A stretch of DNA of 64,000 bases from positions 2,308-66,307 of the forward strand of contig JALOQJ010000006.1 in NCBI GenBank assembly GCA_025453445.1, written 5' to 3'. Below the pieces are notes generated by a model, which worked only from the letters and a program-made list of their open reading frames with translations, ran no database searches and was not told where the DNA came from. Of this stretch, positions 27,038 through 34,538 are shown in pieces. The number at the start of each line of letters is the position of its first letter. Position 1 is the stretch's first letter. The position numbers and the translations under genes were made by a program. The DNA is from Candidatus Omnitrophota bacterium. GTDB taxonomy: Bacteria; Omnitrophota; Gorgyraeia; Gygaellales; Profunditerraquicolaceae.

Positions 27038-28237
27038 ATGCAGATCCTGCAAGCAAAGCGCTATAATGAAATAGCCTCTTTGATGCGCCAGATGAAGGTT
27101 GATCCTTACGGCATCAAAATCATGGTGCCTAAGGCGCTGACTTTCCTCATGCGCTTAAATTCGCTTTCTAATGTGGCGGCGAATATTTTAAAACAGGAAA
27201 TGCTTTCTCTGGGCGGTGATGCAGCAATTACCAAAGATGCCATCACCGGAAAAGCAAAAAAAACTGATTGCCTTCTGATAGGGAATCTTTCTCAATTTAG
27301 AAGCCTGCACAGTAAGCTGTCATTTCAGCCTTTTGGTTTAGCCAAGTTGTCGCAGGAAATTTCTTTAGGCCTGAATAATTACCAAAGGGATATTTTTATA
27401 ATTGAATTAGGCAGGTATAAGCTTAGTTTGCGGGAAGGCAACCCTAAAATCATGGGGGTTATAAATCTCACGCCAGATTCGTTTAGTGGCGATGGGCTAT
27501 ATCAGGCTAAAGACTGCTCTTTAACAAGCATTATAAGATATGCTCAAAAAATAGCAGCAGATGGGGCGGATATAATTGATGTGGGGGGAGAATCGAGTAG
27601 ACCGGGGGCAAAGCCTTTGCCCGTAAAAGAAGAATTAAAACGAACTATACCAGTAATAAAAATTTTAGCAAAAAAGATTAAAGTTCCAATATCTATAGAT
27701 ACATATAAGCCTGAAGTCGCAAAACAGGCGCTTAGCCAGGGCGCAGTTTTAGTTAATGATATTAGCGGGTTAAAGAATCCTAAAATGGCTAAGGTAATTG
27801 CGGAATTCAAAGCCGGTGTGGTAATTATGCATATGCAGGGCGTGCCGAAAACTATGCAGAAAAACCCACAATACACTTGCTTGCTTGAAGAAATTATGAC
27901 TTATCTGGATAAGGCAATTAACAAGGCGGTTTCTTCCGGCATTGACCGTCAGAAAATCATTATTGATCCGGGAATCGGCTTTGGCAAAACACCGAACAAT
28001 AATTTAGAAATTTTAAAACAGCTGCAGGCATTGCGTATACTGGGACGGCCAATAATGGCAGGCGTATCCAGAAAATCTTTTATCGGAAAAATTCTTAATA
28101 CTCCTGTGCAGGAAAGAATTAACGGTACTATAGCAAGTTGCGTCATGGCTGCAGAAAACGGAGCCAGTATTCTTCGCGTACATGATGTGAAAGAAGTAAA
28201 AGAAGCGCTTAAAATCTTTAGCAGGATAAACCAGTGA
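27038..28237 (+). CDS. folP: dihydropteroate synthase with N-terminal extension domain
   Basis: GVINLTPDSFSGDG and DIGGESSRPGA motifs; ~120-aa N-terminal extra domain. Confidence 0.85.
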   Translation: MQILQAKRYNEIASLMRQMKVDPYGIKIMVPKALTFLMRLNSLSNVAANILKQEMLSLGGDAAITKDAITGKAKKTDCLLIGNLSQFRSLHSKLSFQPFGLAKLSQEISLGLNNYQRDIFIIELGRYKLSLREGNPKIMGVINLTPDSFSGDGLYQAKDCSLTSIIRYAQKIAADGADIIDVGGESSRPGAKPLPVKEELKRTIPVIKILAKKIKVPISIDTYKPEVAKQALSQGAVLVNDISGLKNPKMAKVIAEFKAGVVIMHMQGVPKTMQKNPQYTCLLEEIMTYLDKAINKAVSSGIDRQKIIIDPGIGFGKTPNNNLEILKQLQALRILGRPIMAGVSRKSFIGKILNTPVQERINGTIASCVMAAENGASILRVHDVKEVKEALKIFSRINQ

Positions 28238-28992
28238 TGAATTTTCCTATGGATTGGAAAACAATAATTGAAATAGCTATACTTTGGTTCTTAATTTACC
28301 ATATTATGCTTTTCTTTGAAGGCACACGCGCAATCCAGGTTCTACGCGGGATTATTATCATATTGGTAGCGTTTTTTGTTATCCAAAGAATGAATCTCGA
28401 AGTAGTAGATTGGATATTTACCAAATTATTCGCGATTTCCGTAATTGCAATTCTGGTAATTTTTCATCCGGAAATCAGGCAGGGCTTAGCGCGCCTGGGG
28501 CAGCGCCACCTTTTTGGCACTGCTTTAAGAGAAGAAGAGATAAACCTTATCCTTTCTGAAATTATTAATGCTACGGAACTATTGAGCCGGGAAAAAATCG
28601 GAGCACTTATTGCAATTGAAAAAAACGATTCTTTAAACCCTTATATTGAAAGCGGAGTTGCCATAGATGCCAAGGTTTCCAGCGATTTAATTCAAACAAT
28701 TTTTACCCCAAAGAGCCTGCTTCATGACGGTGCTTTGATTATACAGCATGGCAGGGCCATAGCTGCGGGGTGCCTGTTCCCCTTAAGCGAGAGCCAGGAT
28801 ATCAACAGAATGTTTGGAACGCGCCATCGCGCTGCCTTAGGCTTAAGCGAAGAAACTGATGCAGTTATTATCATTGTTTCCGAAGAACGACAGGATATGT
28901 CCCTGGTCTATCAGGGAAAATTACATAAGGACCTGAGCCGCGAAACAATATTATCAAAGATCAAGGAGTTGCTTAAATATAAAAATGAGTAA
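28234..28992 (+). CDS. cdaA: diadenylate cyclase CdaA (c-di-AMP synthase)
   Basis: 3 N-terminal TM helices + DAC domain (DGALII, RHRAALGLSEETDAVIIIVSEE). Confidence 0.9.
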   Translation: MMNFPMDWKTIIEIAILWFLIYHIMLFFEGTRAIQVLRGIIIILVAFFVIQRMNLEVVDWIFTKLFAISVIAILVIFHPEIRQGLARLGQRHLFGTALREEEINLILSEIINATELLSREKIGALIAIEKNDSLNPYIESGVAIDAKVSSDLIQTIFTPKSLLHDGALIIQHGRAIAAGCLFPLSESQDINRMFGTRHRAALGLSEETDAVIIIVSEERQDMSLVYQGKLHKDLSRETILSKIKELLKYKNE

Positions 28993-29125
28993 AGAAAAAA
29001 TAGCTTTAATTCAAAAAATTAAATATTTGTTTACATCTCATCCCTGGCTGAAGATTATCTCGTTAGCTTTGGCAATAATCGTTTGGTTTTATGTGCGGGG
29101 CGAAATTAACCGCTTTAATTTTTAA
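28985..29125 (+). pseudogene. 46-aa ORF matching only the N-terminal TM segment of CdaR/YbbR (truncated cdaR or mini membrane partner of CdaA)
   Basis: MSKEKIALIQKIKYLFTSHPWLKIISLALAIIVWFYVRGEINRFNF*; YbbR-like start with TM helix then WFYV; overlaps cdaA stop and ends 1 nt before pdxJ ATG. Confidence 0.45.
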
Positions 29126-29126
29126 T

Positions 29127-29843
29127 ATGCTGAAACTGGGAGTAAATATAGACCACGTAGCGACTGTCAGGGAAATCAGGCATGGAATTGAACCTGAGCC
29201 TGTTAATGCCGCTTTATTGGCAGAGAGTTCCGGAGCAGACAGCATTGTTGTGCATCTAAGGGAAGACCGCCGGCACATTAAGGAAAAGGATCTTTTTGTT
29301 TTAAGAAAAACCATTAAAACAAAAATGAATTTAGAGATGTCGATTGCTCCGGAAATCGTAAAAATTGCCTGCCGGCTGAAACCTGATCAGGCAACCTTAG
29401 TCCCGGAAAAAAGGCAGGAACTGACTACCGAAGGCGGATTAGACGTTATTTCTAACCTGAAAAAAATCGCGCAGGTTAAAAATACATTAGGAGAACAAGG
29501 CATTGGCGTAAGTTTATTCATTGATCCGGAAAAAAAGCAAATTGATGCCGCTTTAAAAGTCGGAATTAAAATGATCGAACTGCATACCGGACGTTTCGCG
29601 GAAGCAAAAAATAAGCAACAAGTACAAAGGTACCTCAAAGAACTGAAAATAGCTGCTAAATATGCAAAAGCTAAAGGACTGCGTGTTTTTGCGGGTCACG
29701 GCCTGGATTATTATAATGTTTGCCTGGTAGCGGATATTAAGGAAATTGAAGAATTAAATATTGGCTATTCTATTGTCTGCCGCGCAGTGCTGATGGGATT
29801 TGAAGAGGCAGTGCGGGAAATGAAGGCTTTGATAAAAAGATGA
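29127..29843 (+). CDS. pdxJ: pyridoxine 5'-phosphate synthase
   Basis: MLKLGVNIDHVATVRE N-terminus typical of PdxJ; ATG at 29127 chosen over the annotated longer ORF start. Confidence 0.9.
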   Translation: MLKLGVNIDHVATVREIRHGIEPEPVNAALLAESSGADSIVVHLREDRRHIKEKDLFVLRKTIKTKMNLEMSIAPEIVKIACRLKPDQATLVPEKRQELTTEGGLDVISNLKKIAQVKNTLGEQGIGVSLFIDPEKKQIDAALKVGIKMIELHTGRFAEAKNKQQVQRYLKELKIAAKYAKAKGLRVFAGHGLDYYNVCLVADIKEIEELNIGYSIVCRAVLMGFEEAVREMKALIKR

Positions 29844-30196
29844 TTATCGGCACGGGAGTTGATATTACGGAAGTAAGACGGCTCCGCCAAGCAGTGGAAA
29901 AATGGGGCGATGCTTTTACAAACCGTATTTTTACTAAAGTTGAACTGGAAAACGCCAAGACACGCGGTAGTTTTTATCAGCATCTGGCCGGTAGATTTGC
30001 CGCTAAAGAGGCTGTATTTAAGGCGCTGGGAAATAAGAATCTAAATTGGAAAGATATGGAAATACTTAACGATCGTGACGGTAGGCCGCGTTGTACGATA
30101 GTACGAAGTAAAGCTAAGAATCTTCACGTACATATTTCCATTTCGCATGTAAAAAATTATGCAGTTGCCAACGCGGTTATTACAGAGAAAGCTTAA
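29840..30196 (+). CDS. acpS: holo-[acyl-carrier-protein] synthase
   Basis: MIIGTGVDITEVRRL N-terminus; 118 aa. Confidence 0.9.
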   Translation: MIIGTGVDITEVRRLRQAVEKWGDAFTNRIFTKVELENAKTRGSFYQHLAGRFAAKEAVFKALGNKNLNWKDMEILNDRDGRPRCTIVRSKAKNLHVHISISHVKNYAVANAVITEKA

Positions 30197-31022
30197 CAGC
30201 CATAAGGCTGATTTTGGGCACGTTCTTATATTAGCCGGATCTTTGAAATTTTCCGGAGCAGCGCTGCTTGCTGGTGAGGCTTGTTTACGTTCCGGCGCAG
30301 GGCTAGTTACCTTAGGCATGCCGAAAAGTTTATGCTTAGCAGTACTTAAAATAAAGGCAAAAGAAATAATGCTTCTGCCTTTAGCTGAAACAAAAGACAA
30401 AACTTTAGATATATCGGCTTTTAAGGAGATCAAAGATTTTATGAAAAAGGCTCAAGTTTTGGCTATTGGCCCGGGGTTATCAGACGATAAATCAACCCAA
30501 AGCTTAGCACGAAAAGTAATATCCGAAATTTCTAAACCTATGGTAATTGATGCTGATGGCCTTAATGCATTGGCAGGGCATTTAAGTATTTTACTAAAAA
30601 GAAAGGGTATTGGCTTACCGACAATATTAACCCCGCACCCGGGTGAAATGTCGCGGCTTTCAGGCATCAGTGCGGCAAAGGTGCAGGCAGCAAGAAAAAA
30701 AGTTGCCAAAGAATTAGCAAATGATTATAATTGCGTAATTGTCCTTAAGGGGCATAGGACAGTAGTGGCTGGCCCGAAGGTAAAAACATACGAAAATACA
30801 ACCGGAAATCCGGGAATGGCCAGTGCGGGAAGCGGCGATGTATTAACCGGTATGATAGCCGCGTTTTTGGGACAAAACTTAAATGCATTTGAGGCGACAA
30901 AATACGCCGTTTATTTGCACGGCTTAGCCGGAGACCTGGCAGGGAAAGAAAAAACACAAATTTCCCTGATTGCATCAGACATTATTGCTAAAATTCCTGC
31001 GGCAATCAGGAAGTGCTCTTAA
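30159..31022 (+). CDS. nnrD: ADP-dependent NAD(P)H-hydrate dehydratase (YjeF C-terminal domain)
   Basis: HKADFGHVLILAGS...GPGL...GSGDVLTGMIAAF motifs; exact start uncertain (38-bp overlap with acpS). Confidence 0.8.
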   Translation: MQLPTRLLQRKLNSHKADFGHVLILAGSLKFSGAALLAGEACLRSGAGLVTLGMPKSLCLAVLKIKAKEIMLLPLAETKDKTLDISAFKEIKDFMKKAQVLAIGPGLSDDKSTQSLARKVISEISKPMVIDADGLNALAGHLSILLKRKGIGLPTILTPHPGEMSRLSGISAAKVQAARKKVAKELANDYNCVIVLKGHRTVVAGPKVKTYENTTGNPGMASAGSGDVLTGMIAAFLGQNLNAFEATKYAVYLHGLAGDLAGKEKTQISLIASDIIAKIPAAIRKCS

Positions 31023-31028
31023 AAAATT

Positions 31029-31104
31029 GCCGGCATAGCTCAGTTGGTAGAGCGTCTGTTTTGTAAACAGATGGTCGGGGGTTCGATTCCTCTTGCCGGC
31101 TCCA
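31029..31104 (+). tRNA. tRNA-Thr (anticodon TGT), CCA encoded
   Basis: Acceptor gccggca/tgccggc, anticodon stem tctgt/acaga with loop ttTGTaa, T arm ggggg-ttcgatt-cctct, 3' TCCA. Confidence 0.85.
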
Positions 31105-31126
31105 TTATATATAAGAAATAGCCATG

Positions 31127-31240
31127 CTAAATTCTAAACTCGAAATCCGAAATTCTAAACAAATGCAAACGGATTAATTTAGAAAATTAAGATTTAGATT
31201 TAGTTTAGGATTTAGATATTAGAATTTAGGATTTGTTTTT
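31127..31240. repeat. AT-rich imperfect palindrome (caaat/atttg repeat family, diverged copy C) between tRNA-Thr and tRNA-Tyr
   Basis: Left arm ctaaattctaaactcgaaatccgaaattctaaacaaatgcaaac vs right arm gatttagatttagtttaggatttagatattagaatttaggatttgttt; shares aaacaaatcctaaatt with copy A. Confidence 0.6.
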
Positions 31241-31245
31241 AATAG

Positions 31246-31326
31246 GGCAGGTACCCAAGTGGCCAAAGGGGGCAGACTGTAAATCTGTTGCACTTGTGCT
31301 TCAGAGGTTCGAATCCTCTCCTGCCC
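31246..31326 (+). tRNA. tRNA-Tyr (anticodon GTA), long variable arm, no encoded CCA
   Basis: Acceptor gggcagg/cctgccc, anticodon stem gcaga/tctgt with loop ctGTAaa, long variable arm tgcacttgtgc, T arm gaggttcgaatcctc. Confidence 0.85.
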
Positions 31327-31406
31327 ATTTAAATTTCCCCGACAAGGGAAATTTAAATGGCACTAAAGCGAGCGTTAAACGGCCCGACAAGGGCCGTAGC
31401 GAGCGT
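31327..31406 (+). other. structured tRNA-operon spacer: two hairpins sharing a CCCGACAAGGG core
   Basis: Hairpin 1 ttaaatttccc-cgacaa-gggaaatttaa; hairpin 2 ggcacta-aagcgagcgttaaacggcc-cgacaa-gggccgtagcgagcg-tagtgcc with direct repeat agcgagcgt. Confidence 0.5.
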
Positions 31407-31457
31407 AGTGCCTAGACTAAAAAGCTACAAGTAAAATTTTAATAGCACTGAAAAAAT

Positions 31458-31528
31458 GCGGGAGTAGTTCAGTGGTAGAACAATAGCCTTCCAAGCTATA
31501 TATGGGGGTTCGATTCCCCTCTCCCGCT
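31458..31528 (+). tRNA. tRNA-Gly (anticodon TCC), no encoded CCA
   Basis: Acceptor gcgggag/ctcccgc, anticodon stem atagc/gctat with loop ctTCCaa, T arm ggggg-ttcgatt-cccct. Confidence 0.85.
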
Positions 31529-31529
31529 C

Positions 31530-31556
31530 TGATTTTTTCGCGAAGCGAAAAAATCA
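31530..31556 (+). terminator. perfect palindromic hairpin flanked by A/T runs (bidirectional intrinsic terminator-like) after the tRNA cluster
   Basis: gattttttcgc-gaa-gcgaaaaaatc (11-bp stem). Confidence 0.6.
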
Positions 31557-31664
31557 TCCCGAGCTGCAATGTTTTTGTGCAGTGCGAGGGATAAACAGAC
31601 GCGAAGCGAAAAAATCATCCCGAGTTACAATGTTTTTATTTAGTGCAAGGGACAAAGAATCATG
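31539..31664 (+). repeat. two tandem ~63-bp direct repeats (~85% identical), each with a cgcgaagcg(a)6 motif and an atcccgag...gagggat-type hairpin, in the leader of the thyA-like gene
   Basis: Unit 1 31539-31601 cgcgaagcgaaaaaatcatcccgagctgcaatgtttttgtgcagtgcgaggga...; unit 2 31602-31664 cgcgaagcgaaaaaatcatcccgagttacaatgtttttatttagtgcaaggga... Confidence 0.7.
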
Positions 31665-31677
31665 AAAGGAACCCCTT

Positions 31678-32442
31678 ATGGAAAGAGAATTCTTAGAGCC
31701 GGTTTTCATCGAAGCATTTGATGTAGACGATGCATGGTTCCAATGCCTGTCTGCAATCCTCGATAAAGGCCATGTTTACATGATTACCCGCGGCAGCTAC
31801 GAGGGGCAAAAACGGCTGGAATTTGATTTTGCGGTAGTGAGGATAAAAAAACCATCGCATCAGATTATTCCAATAATACCCGAAGGAATGAGTATCCCGG
31901 CGCCTACGGATATGGATTATATCCAAGGTTACCTTGGATATCTACTTACAGGGGCAAAAACCGATACCGAAGATTATACTTATGGCGAGCGCCTTGTAGG
32001 CAGGCTGCAGGATCCCGGGGCAATGGTTAAAAACATGCCGCTCAACGTTAATCAGGTAGAAGAAGTAATAAAAATTTATAAGGATAAAGGTTTCGGCACT
32101 AATCAGGCTACCATGGAAATCGGCATGCCGTCGGATATACGATTGGCTGATCCGCCATGCCTGAGAATTATCGATACACGTATTCGTTACGGAAAACTAC
32201 ACTTCATTTTATATTTCCGTTCCTGGGATTTATGGGGTGGATTTCCTTCAAACCTTGGAGGGCTGCAACTGGTAAAGCAATACATGGCCGAAGAAATCGG
32301 CGTTGAAGATGGAGAAATTATTGCTGTCAGTAAAGGTTTGCATCTTTACGAGTACAGCTGGGATTTGGCAAAAATAAGGACTAATAAAGTAAATCCCGCA
32401 GCATTAAAAGACGTTACAGCAAAAGAGGTGAAAACTAGATGA
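31678..32442 (+). CDS. divergent thymidylate synthase (ThyA) family protein; catalytic Cys present, PCH His replaced (PCL)
   Basis: ADPPCLRIIDTRIRYGKLHFILYFRSWDLWGGFPSNLGGLQLVKQYMA aligns with ThyA [46 protein letters not shown]; 254 aa. Confidence 0.65.
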   Translation: MEREFLEPVFIEAFDVDDAWFQCLSAILDKGHVYMITRGSYEGQKRLEFDFAVVRIKKPSHQIIPIIPEGMSIPAPTDMDYIQGYLGYLLTGAKTDTEDYTYGERLVGRLQDPGAMVKNMPLNVNQVEEVIKIYKDKGFGTNQATMEIGMPSDIRLADPPCLRIIDTRIRYGKLHFILYFRSWDLWGGFPSNLGGLQLVKQYMAEEIGVEDGEIIAVSKGLHLYEYSWDLAKIRTNKVNPAALKDVTAKEVKTR

Positions 32443-32954
32443 GAAGAAATACTTATAGCGGGCCGGAAAGAAGAAAATTTATCAGGTTAGACTATATAGC
32501 GCCGTTGGGTTGTAAAATTTGCAGCGAACAAACGATGAATAAGCTACTGCAGGGCTATACTGCGGATGTCAGCGAAGCAGGGCTACTTTGCAATATAAGG
32601 GAACAGGTTAAAATTAATGATATTCTTTGGCTTGCTTTTGACCGCGGTGCCTTAAGCATCTGCTCTGATATTGAAAAAAGGGCACTTATTTATCAAAACG
32701 GAATTATCGGAAAAGTGGCCCGCATCGACCAAAAAGAAGATAGCAGTTTTAATGTCGGAGTAAATTTTATAACCCGGGAAGAAAAAAATTTAAGCAATAT
32801 TTATCCTAAGATACATTTTACAAAAGACCTTCCTTTATCAACTTTGCCGGATGATGAAGCTGATGAAGAGGAACAAGATAATACTAATGCAACAGAACAG
32901 CCTGATGATAACCAGGATGAAAATACCTCTCAGGCAGAAGAAGAGAATAATTAA
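32439..32954 (+). CDS. PilZ-domain protein (putative c-di-GMP receptor) with acidic C-terminal tail
   Basis: RRKFIRL (RxxxR) and DVSEAGLL (DxSxxG) PilZ motifs; C-terminal D/E/Q-rich tail; ATGA overlap with upstream thyA-like stop. Confidence 0.65.
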   Translation: MRRNTYSGPERRKFIRLDYIAPLGCKICSEQTMNKLLQGYTADVSEAGLLCNIREQVKINDILWLAFDRGALSICSDIEKRALIYQNGIIGKVARIDQKEDSSFNVGVNFITREEKNLSNIYPKIHFTKDLPLSTLPDDEADEEEQDNTNATEQPDDNQDENTSQAEEENN

Positions 32955-32957
32955 TCG

Positions 32958-33947
32958 ATGAACATTTCTATAATAGGCGACGGAGGATGGGGTACTACCT
33001 TAGCGATACTTTTGTCAAAAAAAGGCTATCCAGTTACGCTTTGGGGCGCGTTTAAAGAATACACGGACTACCTGAATAAAAAAAGAGTGAATTCAAAATT
33101 CCTGCCCGGAATAAAAATTCCCGCAGGGATTAACATTACACACGACTTAAATGAAGCGCTGCGTGATAAAGAATTAATTGTTCTGGCTGTACCATCGCAA
33201 TATTTACGTAAGGTGATCCGGGAATTTAAAAAAACCGGCTATCCTAAAAAAAGTATTTACTTGAGCGTTACCAAAGGAATCGAGATAAGCACTCTTAAAA
33301 GAATTTCAGAAATAATCAAAGAAGAATTGGGTCCGGTAAAAACAGCTGTTCTTTCAGGGCCGACAATTGCCCATGAGGTGGCTGCGGGCAAACCGACTAC
33401 CGCTGTTATCGCTTCAAAGAATGCAGTTGTCAGAAAACGCTTGCAGGATATTTTTATCACTAAGAGATTCAGGATTTACACTAATGATGATGTAATTGGA
33501 GTGGAATTAGGGGGCAGCTTGAAGAATGTAATTGCCATAGCCTGCGGAATTTCAGACGGCCTGGGTTTTGGAGCAAACACAAAAGCAGCATTGCTTTCCC
33601 GCGGCCTGGCAGAAATTTCCCGGCTGGGCATGAAGATGGGAGCTAAAACTTCGACATTCAGCGGCATCAGCGGCTTAGGAGACCTTGTAACTACCTGCAT
33701 CAGTCAATATAGCCGCAATAGGTTTGTTGGAGAACAGATCGGTAAAGGCAGGAAGTTGAGTGAAATTAAATCCCATATGCAGATGGTTGCCGAAGGAGTG
33801 CCGACAACGCAGTCTGCATATCAGCTAAGCCTGCGTTACAAAGTAAGCATGCCGATTACAAAAGAAATATACGCTGTTCTTTATAAAAATAAATCCGCGC
33901 AACAGGCAGTTAAGGATTTAATGACTAGAAAAAAGAAAGAGGAATAA
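32958..33947 (+). CDS. gpsA: NAD(P)H-dependent glycerol-3-phosphate dehydrogenase
   Basis: ISIIGDGGWGTTLA Rossmann N-terminus and GpsA-specific central motifs; 329 aa. Confidence 0.9.
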   Translation: MNISIIGDGGWGTTLAILLSKKGYPVTLWGAFKEYTDYLNKKRVNSKFLPGIKIPAGINITHDLNEALRDKELIVLAVPSQYLRKVIREFKKTGYPKKSIYLSVTKGIEISTLKRISEIIKEELGPVKTAVLSGPTIAHEVAAGKPTTAVIASKNAVVRKRLQDIFITKRFRIYTNDDVIGVELGGSLKNVIAIACGISDGLGFGANTKAALLSRGLAEISRLGMKMGAKTSTFSGISGLGDLVTTCISQYSRNRFVGEQIGKGRKLSEIKSHMQMVAEGVPTTQSAYQLSLRYKVSMPITKEIYAVLYKNKSAQQAVKDLMTRKKKEE

Positions 33948-34045
33948 AAATATTGAGATGCATGCGGGGGCGTGCCCCGTTGCATCTCCACAACTAAAAA
34001 TATTGAGATGCATGCGGGGGCGTGCCCCGTTGCATCTCCACAATG
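33946..34045 (+). repeat. perfect tandem duplication of a 50-bp unit (2 copies, differing only in the last 2 nt), each containing a strong 8+5-bp hairpin; starts at gpsA stop, ends 3 nt before tRNA-Pro
   Basis: aaaaatattgagatgcatgcgggggcgtgccccgttgcatctccacaa x2; hairpin gagatgca-tgc-ggggg-cgtg-ccccg-t-tgcatctc. Confidence 0.85.
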
Positions 34046-34048
34046 CAA

Positions 34049-34123
34049 CGGGGCGTGGCTCAGTTTGGCTAGAGCGCTTGAATGGGGTTCAAGAGGCCGA
34101 CAGTTCAAGTCTGTCCGCCCCGA
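34049..34123 (+). tRNA. tRNA-Pro (anticodon GGG), no encoded CCA
   Basis: Acceptor cggggcg/cgccccg, D arm gctc..gagc, anticodon stem cttga/tcaag with loop atGGGgt, T arm gacag-ttcaagt-ctgtc. Confidence 0.8.
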
Positions 34124-34155
34124 CTTTTTAAAGCAGATAAAAGGAGGGTGAAGAA

Positions 34156-34509
34156 ATGGGATATTTAGGACCGGAAAGGCGTAAAAATGCGCGCATCAGC
34201 GGACGTTTTATTGTTTCATACCGCATCCTCGAAGAAAGTAACAATGTTGATATTTCACAAACAAAGAATATCAGCTTAGGCGGCATGCTCCTCACTACCA
34301 ACAGAAATTTTGAGCCCGGGACAAACTTAGCAATTGAAATCAGGCTTCCCTTTGACCCGAATCCGATAATGCTTATCGGGAAAGTGCTCGAATCGCATGA
34401 AATTACCAAAGACTTGATTTATGACACAAGAATGCAATTTTTGGCAGTTGATGAAACACACAGGGATGCTATTAATCAGACAGTAGATTATTATTTAAAA
34501 AAGAGATAG
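34156..34509 (+). CDS. PilZ-domain protein (second copy)
   Basis: ERRKNARISGRF (RxxxR) and DISQTKNISLGGMLL (DxSxxG) motifs; 117 aa. Confidence 0.65.
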   Translation: MGYLGPERRKNARISGRFIVSYRILEESNNVDISQTKNISLGGMLLTTNRNFEPGTNLAIEIRLPFDPNPIMLIGKVLESHEITKDLIYDTRMQFLAVDETHRDAINQTVDYYLKKR

Positions 34510-34538
34510 CTGGCGTTTCATGGAAGGGGACGAAGTCA

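Noticed and set aside
29091-29126. Longer pdxJ start (MCGAKLTALIFN...) from the ORF track
   Set aside because: The conserved PdxJ N-terminus begins at MLKLGVNIDH (ATG 29127), and the upstream part is better explained as the end of the cdaR-remnant ORF in another frame.
31233-31415. 60-aa ORF on + strand in the ORF track
   Set aside because: It overlaps tRNA-Tyr (31246-31326) and the structured spacer, so it is an ORF-finder artefact.
33946-34045. Possibility that the tandem repeats here, or those at 31539-31664, are a CRISPR array
   Set aside because: There are only two units, directly adjacent with no unique spacers, and no cas genes nearby. They are tandem duplications, not repeat-spacer arrays.
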